NCBI GenBank assembly: GCA_964565645.1
Contig: CAZMFQ010000011.1
Location: 1,717-65,716 of the forward strand
Length of the DNA: 64,000 bases
Direction of reading: 5' to 3'
From: an uncultured Eubacteriales bacterium
Lineage (GTDB): Bacteria > Actinomycetota > Coriobacteriia > Anaerosomatales > JAHIQC01
Shown here: piece by piece, positions 43,907 to 54,268 of the stretch
How the letters are laid out: each line of letters starts with the position of its first letter
Position numbering within the stretch: the stretch's first letter is position 1
Notes under the pieces: model-generated
Told to the model about the DNA's origin: nothing
Database searches by the model: none
The model's input: only the letters and a program-made list of their open reading frames with translations
Position numbers and translations under genes: made by a program

Positions 43907-44632
43907 GTGCGTGAACCAGGGCGGCCTTGTCACGGGGGCCGCCCTGGACCGCTTTGGGAGGTGGAGAGATTGGGCAGCGCGCTGCAGTGGCAGGTCATAG
44001 GTGACTGGACGCCGGAGCTTCTCAAGGCCGCGGGGCTGACGCTTCAGATCACCGCCATGTCGTTCCTTGTCGCGCTCGTCGTCGGTCTCGTGGTCGGCAC
44101 GCTGCGCAGCCGCACGAAGTGGCTCGGCAGACCCTTCGCGATCTACGTCGAGTTGTTCCGGGGTACGCCTCTGCTCGTGCAACTCTTCTTCATCTACTAC
44201 GGGCTCGCGCAGGTGGGCCTGGTCCTGCCTGCCATGTTCGCGGCGGTCCTCGGGCTTGGACTCAACGGCGGCGCCTACATCTCCGAGATAGTCCGGGGGG
44301 CCCTGGCGGGTATCGACAAGGGCCAGTACGATGCGTCGCACGCGCTGGGCATGGGGTGGTTCGCGACCCTCGGCTGGGTGGTGATGCCGCAGGCGCTCAG
44401 GGTGGCGACCCCGCCGCTCGTCAACTCGTTCTCATCGATGCTCAAGGACACGTCCCTTGTGTCACTGCTTGCCATCACCGAGATGATGAACATAGCGAAC
44501 CAGATCTACTCTCGTACCTTCCGGGCCTTCGAGATCTTCACCGTCGTGGCGCTCATGTACCTCGCGATGACCCTGGTCTTCTCGCTCGCGAGCCGCTGGC
44601 TCGAGCGGCGCCTGGCCGTCGGGCGCGCATAG
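43907..44632 (+). CDS. Polar amino-acid ABC permease
   Basis: FRGTPLLVQLFFIYYG; AYISEIVRG; KDTSLVS; true start may be slightly downstream. Confidence 0.9.
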   Translation: MREPGRPCHGGRPGPLWEVERLGSALQWQVIGDWTPELLKAAGLTLQITAMSFLVALVVGLVVGTLRSRTKWLGRPFAIYVELFRGTPLLVQLFFIYYGLAQVGLVLPAMFAAVLGLGLNGGAYISEIVRGALAGIDKGQYDASHALGMGWFATLGWVVMPQALRVATPPLVNSFSSMLKDTSLVSLLAITEMMNIANQIYSRTFRAFEIFTVVALMYLAMTLVFSLASRWLERRLAVGRA

Positions 44633-44712
44633 GAGGGAGCGCCTCGAAGACCTCCTGACGACCGCGCGTCTGGGCATACACTGGATGCCGAGGAGCTTGA
44701 AGGGGGGCGGCT

Positions 44713-45132
44713 GTGCGACACCTGAACGATCGGACGGGCAAGACCTGGCACCAGCAACTGGTCGAGCAGAGGACCCTGGGTCAGCGCATCGCGGATGCGA
44801 CAGCGCACACGCTCGGGTCATGGACCTTCATCATCGCGCAGACCGTGGCGGTGGCGGCATGGGTCGCCCTCAACGTCCTCGGCATGGTCAAGCATTGGGA
44901 CCCGTACCCGTTCATCCTGCTGAACCTGATGTTCTCGGTGCAGGCCGCCTACGCCGCGCCGGTGCTGATGATGAGCCAGAACAGGCAGGCTGAGCGCGAC
45001 CGTTACCAGGCCCAGGCCGACTTCGACACGAACGTGAAGGCGGAGGCCGAGATCGAGGATATCCAGGACCACCTTCATCGTATCGAGGACGCGATCGCGC
45101 GACTCGAGAGCGCGATGGCCGGCGAGCGCTGA
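44713..45132 (+). CDS. DUF1003 family membrane protein
   Basis: GSWTFII; WDPYPFILLNL; AAPVLMMSQNRQ. Confidence 0.9.
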   Translation: MRHLNDRTGKTWHQQLVEQRTLGQRIADATAHTLGSWTFIIAQTVAVAAWVALNVLGMVKHWDPYPFILLNLMFSVQAAYAAPVLMMSQNRQAERDRYQAQADFDTNVKAEAEIEDIQDHLHRIEDAIARLESAMAGER

Positions 45133-45167
45133 GCGCCGCAGGAACGACCGGAACAGGAAGGCATCAC

Positions 45168-45647
45168 ATGGAGATCCGTGCTCCGAAGCGCGCCACCAGG
45201 ACGTTCACCCAGCGGCTCGCCGCTCCGCCCGAGCGCGTGTTCCCGCTGCTGTGCCCGGTGCTCGAGGCCGAGTGGATCGAAGGGTGGGACCCGGTACTCG
45301 TGGTGAGCGAGTCGGGAGTCGCCGAGCCGGACTGCGCGTTCGTCACTGCCGCGGAGCCGGCCGACGCGATCTGGTACGTGACCCGGCACGAGCCCGAGAG
45401 CGGGTTCGTCGAGATGCTCAAGATCTCCCCCGGCGTGACCGCATGCAGGCTCAGCATCCAACTCATGGCCACCCGCGGCGGTACGGACGCGGACATCACG
45501 TACTCTCATACGAGCCTGGGGCCTGCGGGCGATGAGTTCGTGGACGGGTTCACCGAAGCCTACTACCAGCGCTTCATGCGCGACTGGGAAGCGCGTCTCA
45601 ACTACTACCTCACCACCGGAGAGGCGTTGCGCCTGCCCTCGGCATAG
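45168..45647 (+). CDS. Hypothetical protein (SRPBCC-like)
   Basis: APPERVFPLLCPVLEAEWIEGW. Confidence 0.75.
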   Translation: MEIRAPKRATRTFTQRLAAPPERVFPLLCPVLEAEWIEGWDPVLVVSESGVAEPDCAFVTAAEPADAIWYVTRHEPESGFVEMLKISPGVTACRLSIQLMATRGGTDADITYSHTSLGPAGDEFVDGFTEAYYQRFMRDWEARLNYYLTTGEALRLPSA

Positions 45648-45713
45648 CGAGCAGACGCCTGCCCTCGCCCTGGCGAGGCGAGCTCCGCGATGCCCGGGGG
45701 GCGCACCTCACGT

Positions 45714-46742
45714 ATGATGGCGCGCATGGGATCCGGTTCCGACATACGCGCGCTCCTCGCACCCGGCACCGTGGTGCTCGGCCCCATGGCCGGTGTGACC
45801 GAAGCGCCGTTCCGCGGCATCTGCAAGCGGATGGGTGCGGGGCTCACCTACACCGAGATGATCAGCGCGAAGGGATTGCACTACAACCCCGACGGAGCGG
45901 TCTCCCGCTCGATGCTCACGTTCGATGCCGAGGAGACGCCCTGCGCGGTCCAGCTCTTTGGCGCCGATCCCGAGATCATGGGACCGCAGGCGGCGCGCAT
46001 AGTCGAGCGCTATGGCGACGACGTCGCGCTCATCGACATCAACATGGGGTGTCCGGTGACGAAAGTGGTCGCCAAGGGCGAAGGCAGTGCGCTCATGCGC
46101 ACGCCGGACCTGGCCGCGGAGGTGGTATCCGCGGTCGTGAATGCGTGCCGTGTGTCTGTCACCGTCAAGATCCGGTCTGGCTGGGACAACGGGCACGTCA
46201 ACGCCGTCGAGTTCGCACAGGCCATGGAGCAGGCGGGCGCGGCGGCGATCGCCGTACACGGGCGCACGCGCGGTCAGTTCTACCATGGGGATGCAGACTG
46301 GGACGTCATCGCCCGGGTGAAGGCGGCGGTCGGGGTGCCCGTGATCGGAAGCGGGGACGTGTTCGGTGCCGAGCGGGTCGTGGCGATGTTCGAACAGACG
46401 GGCGTCGACGCCGTCATGGTCGCACGCGGCGCACAGGGCAACCCATGGATCTTCCGCGAGGCACGCGCGCTGCTCGAGAGCGGCGAGGCGACCGCTCCGC
46501 CGACGGCGTTCGAACGCATCGACCTGGCGCTCGAGCATGCACGCGCGTTCGTGGCCTTCGCCGGGGACGGTGCGTTCGCGCGCATGCGCAAGCACGTAGC
46601 GTGGTATATGCGTGACATGCCCGGTGCGACGCGCATCCGCGAACTCGCGTTCCGCGTCGAGAACCAGACGGAACTCGAGAAGCTCCTCGGCGAGTACCGG
46701 GAGTGGCTGTCCGAGATAGGGCACGGATCCGACGAGGAGTAG
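45714..46742 (+). CDS. dusB: tRNA-dihydrouridine synthase
   Basis: GPMAGVT; VQLFG; IDINMGCP; HGRTR.Q.Y; GSGDV; ARGAQGNPWIF. Confidence 0.92.
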   Translation: MMARMGSGSDIRALLAPGTVVLGPMAGVTEAPFRGICKRMGAGLTYTEMISAKGLHYNPDGAVSRSMLTFDAEETPCAVQLFGADPEIMGPQAARIVERYGDDVALIDINMGCPVTKVVAKGEGSALMRTPDLAAEVVSAVVNACRVSVTVKIRSGWDNGHVNAVEFAQAMEQAGAAAIAVHGRTRGQFYHGDADWDVIARVKAAVGVPVIGSGDVFGAERVVAMFEQTGVDAVMVARGAQGNPWIFREARALLESGEATAPPTAFERIDLALEHARAFVAFAGDGAFARMRKHVAWYMRDMPGATRIRELAFRVENQTELEKLLGEYREWLSEIGHGSDEE

Positions 46743-46752
46743 GGAGGCATCT

Positions 46753-47865
46753 GTGACTCCGAAGACGGATGGTGTGGCGGCGGCAAAGCCGGATCTGCGC
46801 ACGAGGCTGCTGGGCGATCCCAAGGTGCCGTTGCTTTGGCCACTGGTGTGGCGTGCGCTCACGCTGCTCGTGGTGCTGGGGGCGCTCATCGCGGCCGTCG
46901 ACCGCGTCGACATGCTGCTCTACGCCGTGTTCCCGGGATTGATCGCCCTGCTGGTGTCGGTGGTCCACCGGGGGCCGGGACGGTTCGTCCGCGGGGCCTC
47001 GGTCGGAGCCCTCGTGGCACTCCTGGGCGGGGCGGCCGTGCTCATCTCGGGCTCGTGGCTGGTGGCGGGCGTCGTCGCGGGCATCGTGTTCTTTGCCACG
47101 ACGGCTGCCAAGGAGGTGCCAGCCTGGCGTGTCGAGCCGGACTTCGTGGCGCTCGGCTACGTCATCGCTGTCTTCGCCGGCAGCCTCATGGGTATCGGCA
47201 GCGGTGAAGTGTGGTCGGTGCTGCTCGCCGGAGTCACCGGTACCGCGGCAGGCCCTATCGTCGAGGCGGGTTTCTCGCTCAGCCGGTCGGCCGAGGAGGG
47301 CGCATCCAGCGTCGTCGGCACAACCGTATCGGTCTCCCTTTCGGATGCGGTGCCGCTGATGACCCGTCTCTCAAGTCCGGTGGTGCGGTTCGCGATCGTG
47401 CGAGGTCTGACGCTCGGTGTCGGGGTGGCGCTGATGACCGCGTTCGAGGCGAACCGCAACGTGGGGTGGGTGCTCATCGCCGTGTTCTCGATCATGCGCG
47501 CCGTTCCGGATGACACGGTTGCGGAATCGATCGGGCGTTCCGCCGCCACCGGGGTCGCCGTGCTGCTCGTGGGGGCGGCCAGTATCGTCTCGCCCAAGTA
47601 CGGTCCGTTGGGTCTCGCACTGCTCGGGGTGCTCGCCGCGTTGCTCTACCTCGTGCGCAGCCGCTTCATCGCGACGACCGGAGGAACGATGGCGGCCATC
47701 GCGGCCGCTGGCGCTGCGAGCGGAACGTACCTTGAGTGGGCCGGTGCCCGCCTTCTGGATACGATCGTGGGCGCGGCGATCGCGATGGCTGTGATATTCA
47801 TCGCGATGCCGATCGTGGACCGGCTGTCCGGCGACGCGCCAACCGAGACGCGCGCCGAGGAGTAG
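46753..47865 (+). CDS. FUSC family membrane protein
   Basis: About 11 TM; C-terminal ARLLDTIVGAAIA motif. Confidence 0.72.
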   Translation: MTPKTDGVAAAKPDLRTRLLGDPKVPLLWPLVWRALTLLVVLGALIAAVDRVDMLLYAVFPGLIALLVSVVHRGPGRFVRGASVGALVALLGGAAVLISGSWLVAGVVAGIVFFATTAAKEVPAWRVEPDFVALGYVIAVFAGSLMGIGSGEVWSVLLAGVTGTAAGPIVEAGFSLSRSAEEGASSVVGTTVSVSLSDAVPLMTRLSSPVVRFAIVRGLTLGVGVALMTAFEANRNVGWVLIAVFSIMRAVPDDTVAESIGRSAATGVAVLLVGAASIVSPKYGPLGLALLGVLAALLYLVRSRFIATTGGTMAAIAAAGAASGTYLEWAGARLLDTIVGAAIAMAVIFIAMPIVDRLSGDAPTETRAEE

Positions 47866-47946
47866 CGACAGGGCCGCCCGTCGTGATGACGGACGGCCCC
47901 GGAGTCGATCACAGCCATCGCGGGCCACACTCGCGCGTGTCCCAAC

Positions 47947-48717
47947 CTAGCCCTGGTTGCGCTTGAGGTTCGCCTTGATCGCGTCGTGCACGTACTGCGC
48001 CATACCCACGTGGATCTTCTCGTAGGTCGCCGTGAAGCGCGGGTCGGCGATGTACATCTCCGCCAGACCGGCGTGCATCTCGTGCGAGCACGGGTAGAAC
48101 CAGGTGTCGATCTGCAGCCTGTGCCGGTCGACCGCGTCCATCGCGCGCGGGTCGGTCGCCGGTACTCCTTCGTCCATCAGTGCGACGATGGCGAGGTTGA
48201 TCTCCTCGGACTCGGCCTTGAAACGCGCCCAGTCGTCCTTGGTGTAGCGGGCCGTGCGGCGGGCCGATTCCTTGTAGGCGTCGGTCTCACCCCAGCGCTC
48301 CTTGACCTCGTCCTCGTACTCGTCGGGGTCGAAGTCGCCAAAGACCTCGAACTTCTCTTCTTTGGTCATGCGTATCCCTCCTTCCAGAGAGACCAGTGTC
48401 TTGTCGATCAGTCCCAGCATCGCCTCGAACCTGAGCGCCTGCTCGGCGATCAGATCTCGCTGCACGATGAGGGCCTCTCGGCGGTCGAACGCGGGATCGT
48501 CCACGAGATCGCGGATCTCCTCGAGCGAGAATCCGAGTTCCTTGAAGAACAGGACCGTCTGCAGTCGGTCCAGGTCCTCGTCCGTGTAGAGCCGGTAGCC
48601 CGCCTCGGAGCGCTCCGAGGGTATGAGCAGGCCGAGCTCGTCGTAGTGGTGCAGTGTGCGTATGCTCACGTTCGCGAGCCTGGCCACTTCACCGACCGTG
48701 TACGCCATCGCGTCCAC
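47947..48717 (-). CDS. MerR family regulator with TipAS domain (TipA/Mta-like)
   Basis: YTVGEVARLANVSIRTLHHYD; EVKERWG..DAYKES; LAEMYIADPRF. Confidence 0.92.
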   Translation of the reverse strand: MDAMAYTVGEVARLANVSIRTLHHYDELGLLIPSERSEAGYRLYTDEDLDRLQTVLFFKELGFSLEEIRDLVDDPAFDRREALIVQRDLIAEQALRFEAMLGLIDKTLVSLEGGIRMTKEEKFEVFGDFDPDEYEDEVKERWGETDAYKESARRTARYTKDDWARFKAESEEINLAIVALMDEGVPATDPRAMDAVDRHRLQIDTWFYPCSHEMHAGLAEMYIADPRFTATYEKIHVGMAQYVHDAIKANLKRNQG

Positions 48718-48731
48718 CTCCTTCAGGGAGC

Positions 48732-48762
48732 AGCGTAGACCCTTACGTTACGTGAGGGTCAA
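48732..48762 (-). promoter_or_regulatory. MerR-type promoter TTGACC-N19-TACGCT with 23-bp dyad
   Basis: 19-bp spacer; dyad GACCCTTACGTTACGTGAGGGTC at 48738-48760. Confidence 0.8.
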
Positions 48763-48860
48763 GACCCATTGTGAGCGAATCCCGCAAATGGGTGGTTTGC
48801 CTGACAAAGCCTTCCACGTAGGGGTATAGTGGCGCTGTTTCCGGCCATGAGGGGGTCTTC

Positions 48861-51800
48861 ATGCTACGCAGGCGCGTCGTTCCGTTCGTACTTCTTTCTG
48901 TGCTGTTCGTCCTTATGTGTGCGCAGACGGCGATGGCCGCTCCGAGCGCATCGTTCGGCGGACCGAGTCTCATGGGGACGGGCTACTACGTCTACTCCCA
49001 GACGACGGGCGATCTGAACAACGACGGCCACCCCGACCTCGTGGTGCCCATGTACAACTCGGGCAGCGACGGGTTCTTGAGGACGTATCTGGGTACCGGC
49101 GCCGGCGGTTTCGTCCCGAGCACCGTCGCCACTATCGCGGGATCCGAGGCGCAGCTTGCGGACCTCGACCGGGACGGCAGTCTCGACGCGGTCTCCATGA
49201 CGATGTGGAGCGGCTCGGGGCACAGTCTCACGTTCACCAAGGGAGACGGCGCCGGCGGGATGACCTTCGCGGGCGCGTATGACAGCGGGTGGATGACCAC
49301 CTACTACGACATCGGCGACTTCAACGGTGACACGATCCCCGACCTGCTCATCGGCACCGGCGAGATGGACAACGCCTACGTGTTCACCGGCGACGGGGAC
49401 TTCACGTTCACGCAGTCGAGCGTTGTGACAGGTATCGGCTACAACTCCTGGACCTCGGACATCGGTGACATCAACCGTGACGGGAACCAGGACTTCGTCG
49501 TGGCGAACTACGGTTCGGCGAACCTCGACATCCGGCTGGGCGACGGTACCGGCGTCGGGTTCCTCGCGCTCCCGGACCTTCCTGTCGACTCGAACCCGAC
49601 CAACGTGCGACTCGCCGACCTCGATCGCGACGGCATCCTCGACCTCGTCGTCGGCTACAACGGCGCGAACTACGTGAGCGTGTTCACCGGCGACGGTTTC
49701 GGCGACTTCACGGACCGCCGCGATGTCACGGCCGCCGCGGTCGCGATCAACGACTTCCAGATCGCCGACATGAACGTGGACGGGACGCTCGACATCGTGG
49801 TCGGCGGCACGCAGTTCGGCGGCGCCTCCTGGTCTGAGAGTCAGATGCGCGTGCTGCTCAACGACGGCGCGGGCCGGTTCCCGGTGCAGGTGACCCCACC
49901 GACCTCCCAGTACTGGGCCTACGGGCTCGGTGCTCTGAGCATCGCCGATCTGAACGGGGACGCGCGTCCCGACTTCGTCACCTCCAACGTCAACTCGAAC
50001 GCGGCGAACAACATCGGTGTCCATATGAACACCTCGACCATCGACCACACGCTCGACCCGCGTGCGCGCGAGGTCTCGACCGGCACCCTCTACAGCCCCT
50101 ACCGGCTCGCGACGGGCGACCTGGACCGCGACGGCAAGCTCGACCTCGTCGCCTCCAGCTTCAACGGGGGGAACATCGTTCCGATGCTCGGCGACGGACT
50201 CGGCGGCATGAGCCCCGGCGGCGCGTACGGCGGCCTCGATTCGCAGCTCTACGGACTTGCGGTCGCCGACATGGACCGTGACGCGGTCCCGGACGTCGTC
50301 ACGTTCGACAACGTGGGGATGAGCCTGTTCACCGGCGACGGTGCGGGTGCCCTCTCGCTTCAGAGCCAGGAGCCCACGGCCGGTCTGCCGACCGGTGCGG
50401 TCATCGATGCGAACCGTGACGGCAACGAGGACGCATTGATGGCGCCTTGGTCGGCGTCATCAGCGCAGCTGCTCACCGGAGCCGGCGACGGCACGTTCGC
50501 CAACGGCGCCACCTTCGACCTCGGCACGAGCAACAACGCCGTGGTCGTCGCGGACTTCAACGGCGACGGGACCGAGGACGCCGTCACGGTCCCGGGAAGC
50601 GACGGCTGCGCACACCTCGCTCTCGGTGACGGCAACGGCGGCTTCACGACCTCGGTCTCAGGCATGGTGAGCGTATATGCGCCCAACGCGATCGCCGTCG
50701 GCGACCTCAATGGCGACAACCGTCCCGACCTTGCCGTATCGAGCTTCAGCGGCGTGCAGATCGTGATCAACGACGGCACCGGTCCCTCGATAGCCGGTCA
50801 GTGGCTGGCCGGCTCCGGACGGGGTGTCGCGATAGGCGACTTCGATGTGGATGGCAGCCTTGACGTCGCCTCCTGTGGCGACGACGGCATCGTCCGGTAC
50901 TTCGACAACGATGGTGCCGGGACGTTCACTCCGGCGACGAGCGTCAACGTCGGCGTGCGGCTCTACGGAGCGGCCGCGGGCGACTTCGATCGCGACGGCA
51001 GGCCGGATGTCGCGTGCGCGGGCGAGTCCAACAAGGTCTACATCCTCACCAACGACACCGCCGCGCCGTACACGACGCCGGTCTTTTCGTTCCTGCCCAA
51101 CGGCAACCTCGGCTGGTATGTCACGACCCCGACCGTGACGCTCGAGACCAACGAGCCGGCCACGACCGATATCTCGTTCAACGGTGCCGCGTGGGAAGCG
51201 TACAGCGGAAGCGTCACGCCGGTGGTGCAGGGGACGAACACTCTCTCTTTCTACTCGGCAGACAGCCTCGGTCACAAAGAGGCGACGCAGACGACAACGT
51301 TCAAGCTCGACTCGGTCGCGCCCTCAACAAGCATCGCCGGCTTGCCTGCGGGTCCGGCGAGCGATGACGTGACCTTCACGCTCTCGGCAACCGACGGCGG
51401 TTCCGGGGTCAATGCGACGTACTATCGGATCGGTTCGGGTGCACAGGAGTTGTACTCCACCACCGCCACGATCACCGCGAGCGGGGCCAACGAACTCAGC
51501 TGGTGGTCGGTCGACAATGCCGGCAATGTCGAGACCGCCCACACCGCGACCGTCACGATCGTGCGGCCCGAGCCGCCGGTGACCACGTCTGACAGCTACT
51601 CCACGGACGAGGACGTCGAGCTTGACGTCGCCGGCCCGGGCGTCCTCGCCAACGACACCGATCCGATGAGCGGGGAGATGACCGTCACGGTCGGCACGGA
51701 CGCCGCGAACGGCACCCTGACCCTCAACGCCGACGGCAGCTTCACGTACATGCCCGACGCCGACTGGAACGGCGAGGACACCTTCACCTACATCGCACAC

Positions 51801-53627
51801 AACGCCGCCACCGAGTCCGCGCCCGAGACCGTGACGATCACGGTCGCCGCCGTAGCCGACGCGCCGACCTCGGTCTCGCTCTCCAACGACTCCGTGGAAG
51901 AGAACATGCCCGTCGGCACGGGGATCGGGGCACTGACGGCCACCGACGTCGATTCCTCGGCGTTCACCTACGAACTCGTGAGCGGGGACACCTCCGCATT
52001 CAGCATCTCGGGCGACGAGCTTCTGACCGCCGAGGAGTTCGACTACGAGACCAAGTCGACGTACGCGCTCACCATCCGGGTGACCGATGAGAGCGACAAC
52101 ACGTTCGACCAGATCTTCACCATCTACGTCACCGACGTGAACGAGCCTCCGGTGGCCGTCGACGACAGTTACGAGACCACCACGGGCGTAACGCTCGACG
52201 TCGCGGCCCCGGGCATCCTCGGCAACGACAGCGATCCCGAGGGCGACGAGTTCCTGGCGCTGCTCGGCAATGGGCCGGCACACGGCGGGCTCTCCGTGAA
52301 CGCCGACGGCGGGTTCAGCTACTCGCCTCAGGCCGGGTACGCGGGGACCGACTCCTTCACGTACCGCGCGTACGATCTGGACCTGAACGCGTTCTCGCAG
52401 TACGCGACGGTGACCATCACGGTCATCTCGCCCGATTCAGAGGCGCCGGTGACGACGTCGGACGCGCAGGACGAGTACGCGGGCGAAGCGCTCATCACCC
52501 TGTCGGCGACAGATGACGGCAGCGGTGTGGCCGCGACGCACTGGATCCTTGACGACGGAGCCGAGCAGACGGGCACCGAGGTCAAGGTCGTCACGACCGG
52601 GGCGCACACGCTCGAGTTCTGGTCCGAGGACACCATCGGAAACGTCGAGATCCCCAACACCGTCGAGTTCACCGTCACGAGCGACATCATCCCCATCGAA
52701 GGTGACGACCGCTACGGCACCGCCATCCGCACCTCGGAGGTCGCGTTCCCCGGTGGCGCCGACGATGCGGTCATCTGCCGAGGAGACCTGTGGGCGGATG
52801 TCTCCGGCGGTTCCGCGCTCGCGGGCGCCGTCGACGGTCCGCTGCTGCTCACCGAGCCTGACGCGGTCGCCGACGGGCTGCTCGATGAACTGGAGCGCCT
52901 TGAAGTGGGCCACGTGTACATCCTGGGCAGCGAGAACGCCATCTCGACCGACGTCGAGGACGCACTCATAGCCGTGCTCGGCGCCGATGGCGTCACCCGC
53001 ATCGGCGGGGCGAACCGCTACGAGACCGCGGCGGCCGTGGCCGAAGAGACCGCGTCGCTGCTCGTGGACCAGGACCGCTTCGACGGCGAGGTGCTCGTGG
53101 CCACCGGCGGCTCGTTCCCCGACGCGATCGCCGCCGGCCCGCTCGCCGCGCGCCTGTACCGTCCGATCATCCTCACCCAGACCGACTCTCTCTCGGTCGA
53201 AGCGTCCGAGGCCCTCGAGGCCATCGGCGCCACCGACGTGATGATCCTCGGCGGTGAGGGTGCCGTCTCCGCGCAGGTCGCCGATGAGCTTGCCGACGTC
53301 CCGGGCATCGCGAGCGTCGGTCGCCTCTCGGGCGCCGACCGCTACCTGACATCCATCGCGATCGCCGAGTACGGCGTCTCGCAGGGTCTGGAGTGGAACG
53401 GCGTCGCGGTCGGCGCGGGAACGAACTTCCCCGACGCTTTGGCCGGCGGCGTGATGCAGGGCCGCTTCAACTCCGTCGTGCTGCTCACGCGCCCGAACGC
53501 GCTGCCTGCGCCGGTCGCCGACGTCCTGCACGCCCATCGCGACGAGATCGGGTTCTGCCGGATCCTCGGCGGCACGTCTGCGGTGAGCGAAGCGGTCCGC
53601 GTCCAGATCCACAACGCCCTGCAGTAG
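48861..53627 (+). CDS. Large cell-surface protein: FG-GAP/VCBS repeats, Ig-like and cadherin/tandem-95 domains, three CWB2 repeats
   Basis: Signal peptide; many DxN/DxDG..D repeats; IEGDDRYGT, IGGANRYET, LSGADRYLT; FPDALAG. Confidence 0.9.
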   Translation: MLRRRVVPFVLLSVLFVLMCAQTAMAAPSASFGGPSLMGTGYYVYSQTTGDLNNDGHPDLVVPMYNSGSDGFLRTYLGTGAGGFVPSTVATIAGSEAQLADLDRDGSLDAVSMTMWSGSGHSLTFTKGDGAGGMTFAGAYDSGWMTTYYDIGDFNGDTIPDLLIGTGEMDNAYVFTGDGDFTFTQSSVVTGIGYNSWTSDIGDINRDGNQDFVVANYGSANLDIRLGDGTGVGFLALPDLPVDSNPTNVRLADLDRDGILDLVVGYNGANYVSVFTGDGFGDFTDRRDVTAAAVAINDFQIADMNVDGTLDIVVGGTQFGGASWSESQMRVLLNDGAGRFPVQVTPPTSQYWAYGLGALSIADLNGDARPDFVTSNVNSNAANNIGVHMNTSTIDHTLDPRAREVSTGTLYSPYRLATGDLDRDGKLDLVASSFNGGNIVPMLGDGLGGMSPGGAYGGLDSQLYGLAVADMDRDAVPDVVTFDNVGMSLFTGDGAGALSLQSQEPTAGLPTGAVIDANRDGNEDALMAPWSASSAQLLTGAGDGTFANGATFDLGTSNNAVVVADFNGDGTEDAVTVPGSDGCAHLALGDGNGGFTTSVSGMVSVYAPNAIAVGDLNGDNRPDLAVSSFSGVQIVINDGTGPSIAGQWLAGSGRGVAIGDFDVDGSLDVASCGDDGIVRYFDNDGAGTFTPATSVNVGVRLYGAAAGDFDRDGRPDVACAGESNKVYILTNDTAAPYTTPVFSFLPNGNLGWYVTTPTVTLETNEPATTDISFNGAAWEAYSGSVTPVVQGTNTLSFYSADSLGHKEATQTTTFKLDSVAPSTSIAGLPAGPASDDVTFTLSATDGGSGVNATYYRIGSGAQELYSTTATITASGANELSWWSVDNAGNVETAHTATVTIVRPEPPVTTSDSYSTDEDVELDVAGPGVLANDTDPMSGEMTVTVGTDAANGTLTLNADGSFTYMPDADWNGEDTFTYIAHNAATESAPETVTITVAAVADAPTSVSLSNDSVEENMPVGTGIGALTATDVDSSAFTYELVSGDTSAFSISGDELLTAEEFDYETKSTYALTIRVTDESDNTFDQIFTIYVTDVNEPPVAVDDSYETTTGVTLDVAAPGILGNDSDPEGDEFLALLGNGPAHGGLSVNADGGFSYSPQAGYAGTDSFTYRAYDLDLNAFSQYATVTITVISPDSEAPVTTSDAQDEYAGEALITLSATDDGSGVAATHWILDDGAEQTGTEVKVVTTGAHTLEFWSEDTIGNVEIPNTVEFTVTSDIIPIEGDDRYGTAIRTSEVAFPGGADDAVICRGDLWADVSGGSALAGAVDGPLLLTEPDAVADGLLDELERLEVGHVYILGSENAISTDVEDALIAVLGADGVTRIGGANRYETAAAVAEETASLLVDQDRFDGEVLVATGGSFPDAIAAGPLAARLYRPIILTQTDSLSVEASEALEAIGATDVMILGGEGAVSAQVADELADVPGIASVGRLSGADRYLTSIAIAEYGVSQGLEWNGVAVGAGTNFPDALAGGVMQGRFNSVVLLTRPNALPAPVADVLHAHRDEIGFCRILGGTSAVSEAVRVQIHNALQ

Positions 53628-53649
53628 TCCCGAGCACGAACGACCGTCC

Positions 53650-53683
53650 CGCGGCCCCGGCGCCTCACAGTGCCGGGGCCGCG
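53650..53683 (+). terminator. Hairpin after surface-protein gene
   Basis: cgcggccccggc...gccggggccgcg. Confidence 0.6.
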
Positions 53684-53746
53684 TCGCGTGGTGGTACAGT
53701 GTGTAGCCGACAGCACCGCTCCTCGGCAGACGAAAGGCGAAACGGC

Positions 53747-54268
53747 ATGAACACCGGCATCGTCATCACGCTCACCGGCCCCGACCGCGTCGGCATCGTC
53801 GAGGAGGTCACGCGCATCACGCTCGCGCTCGGCGGCAACGTCGAGACGAGCCGCATGGCGCGACTGGGCGGGGAGTTCGCGGTGCTCATGCTCGTGAGCA
53901 CGTCCGCCGACGACTCCGCGGTCGAGGCGGCGTTCGAGGCGCTCACGACTCAGGGCTACCGCCTCACGGTCTCGCGGACCGAACGTCCCGCGGTCGCCCC
54001 CGCGACGACATACCAGGTCGAGGTGCTCGGGGCCGATCACGAAGGCATCATCCATGAGGTCGCGCGCCAGCTCGCCGCCGCCGGCATCAACATCGAGTCG
54101 ATGGAGACCGGCACGGTACCCTCGCCGATAACGGGGACCCCGCTGTTCGCGATGAAGGCGCTCGTGGCGGTACCGGCGTCGCTTCACGAGGCTACGTGGC
54201 TCGCGGCGCTCGAAGAAGCCGGACGGCTTGCGAACGTCGACGTGACCGTCACGTCGGTGGAGCGCTAA
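53747..54268 (+). CDS. Double-ACT domain protein (GcvR-like)
   Basis: ITLTGPDRVGIV; VLGADHEGII. Confidence 0.88.
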   Translation: MNTGIVITLTGPDRVGIVEEVTRITLALGGNVETSRMARLGGEFAVLMLVSTSADDSAVEAAFEALTTQGYRLTVSRTERPAVAPATTYQVEVLGADHEGIIHEVARQLAAAGINIESMETGTVPSPITGTPLFAMKALVAVPASLHEATWLAALEEAGRLANVDVTVTSVER

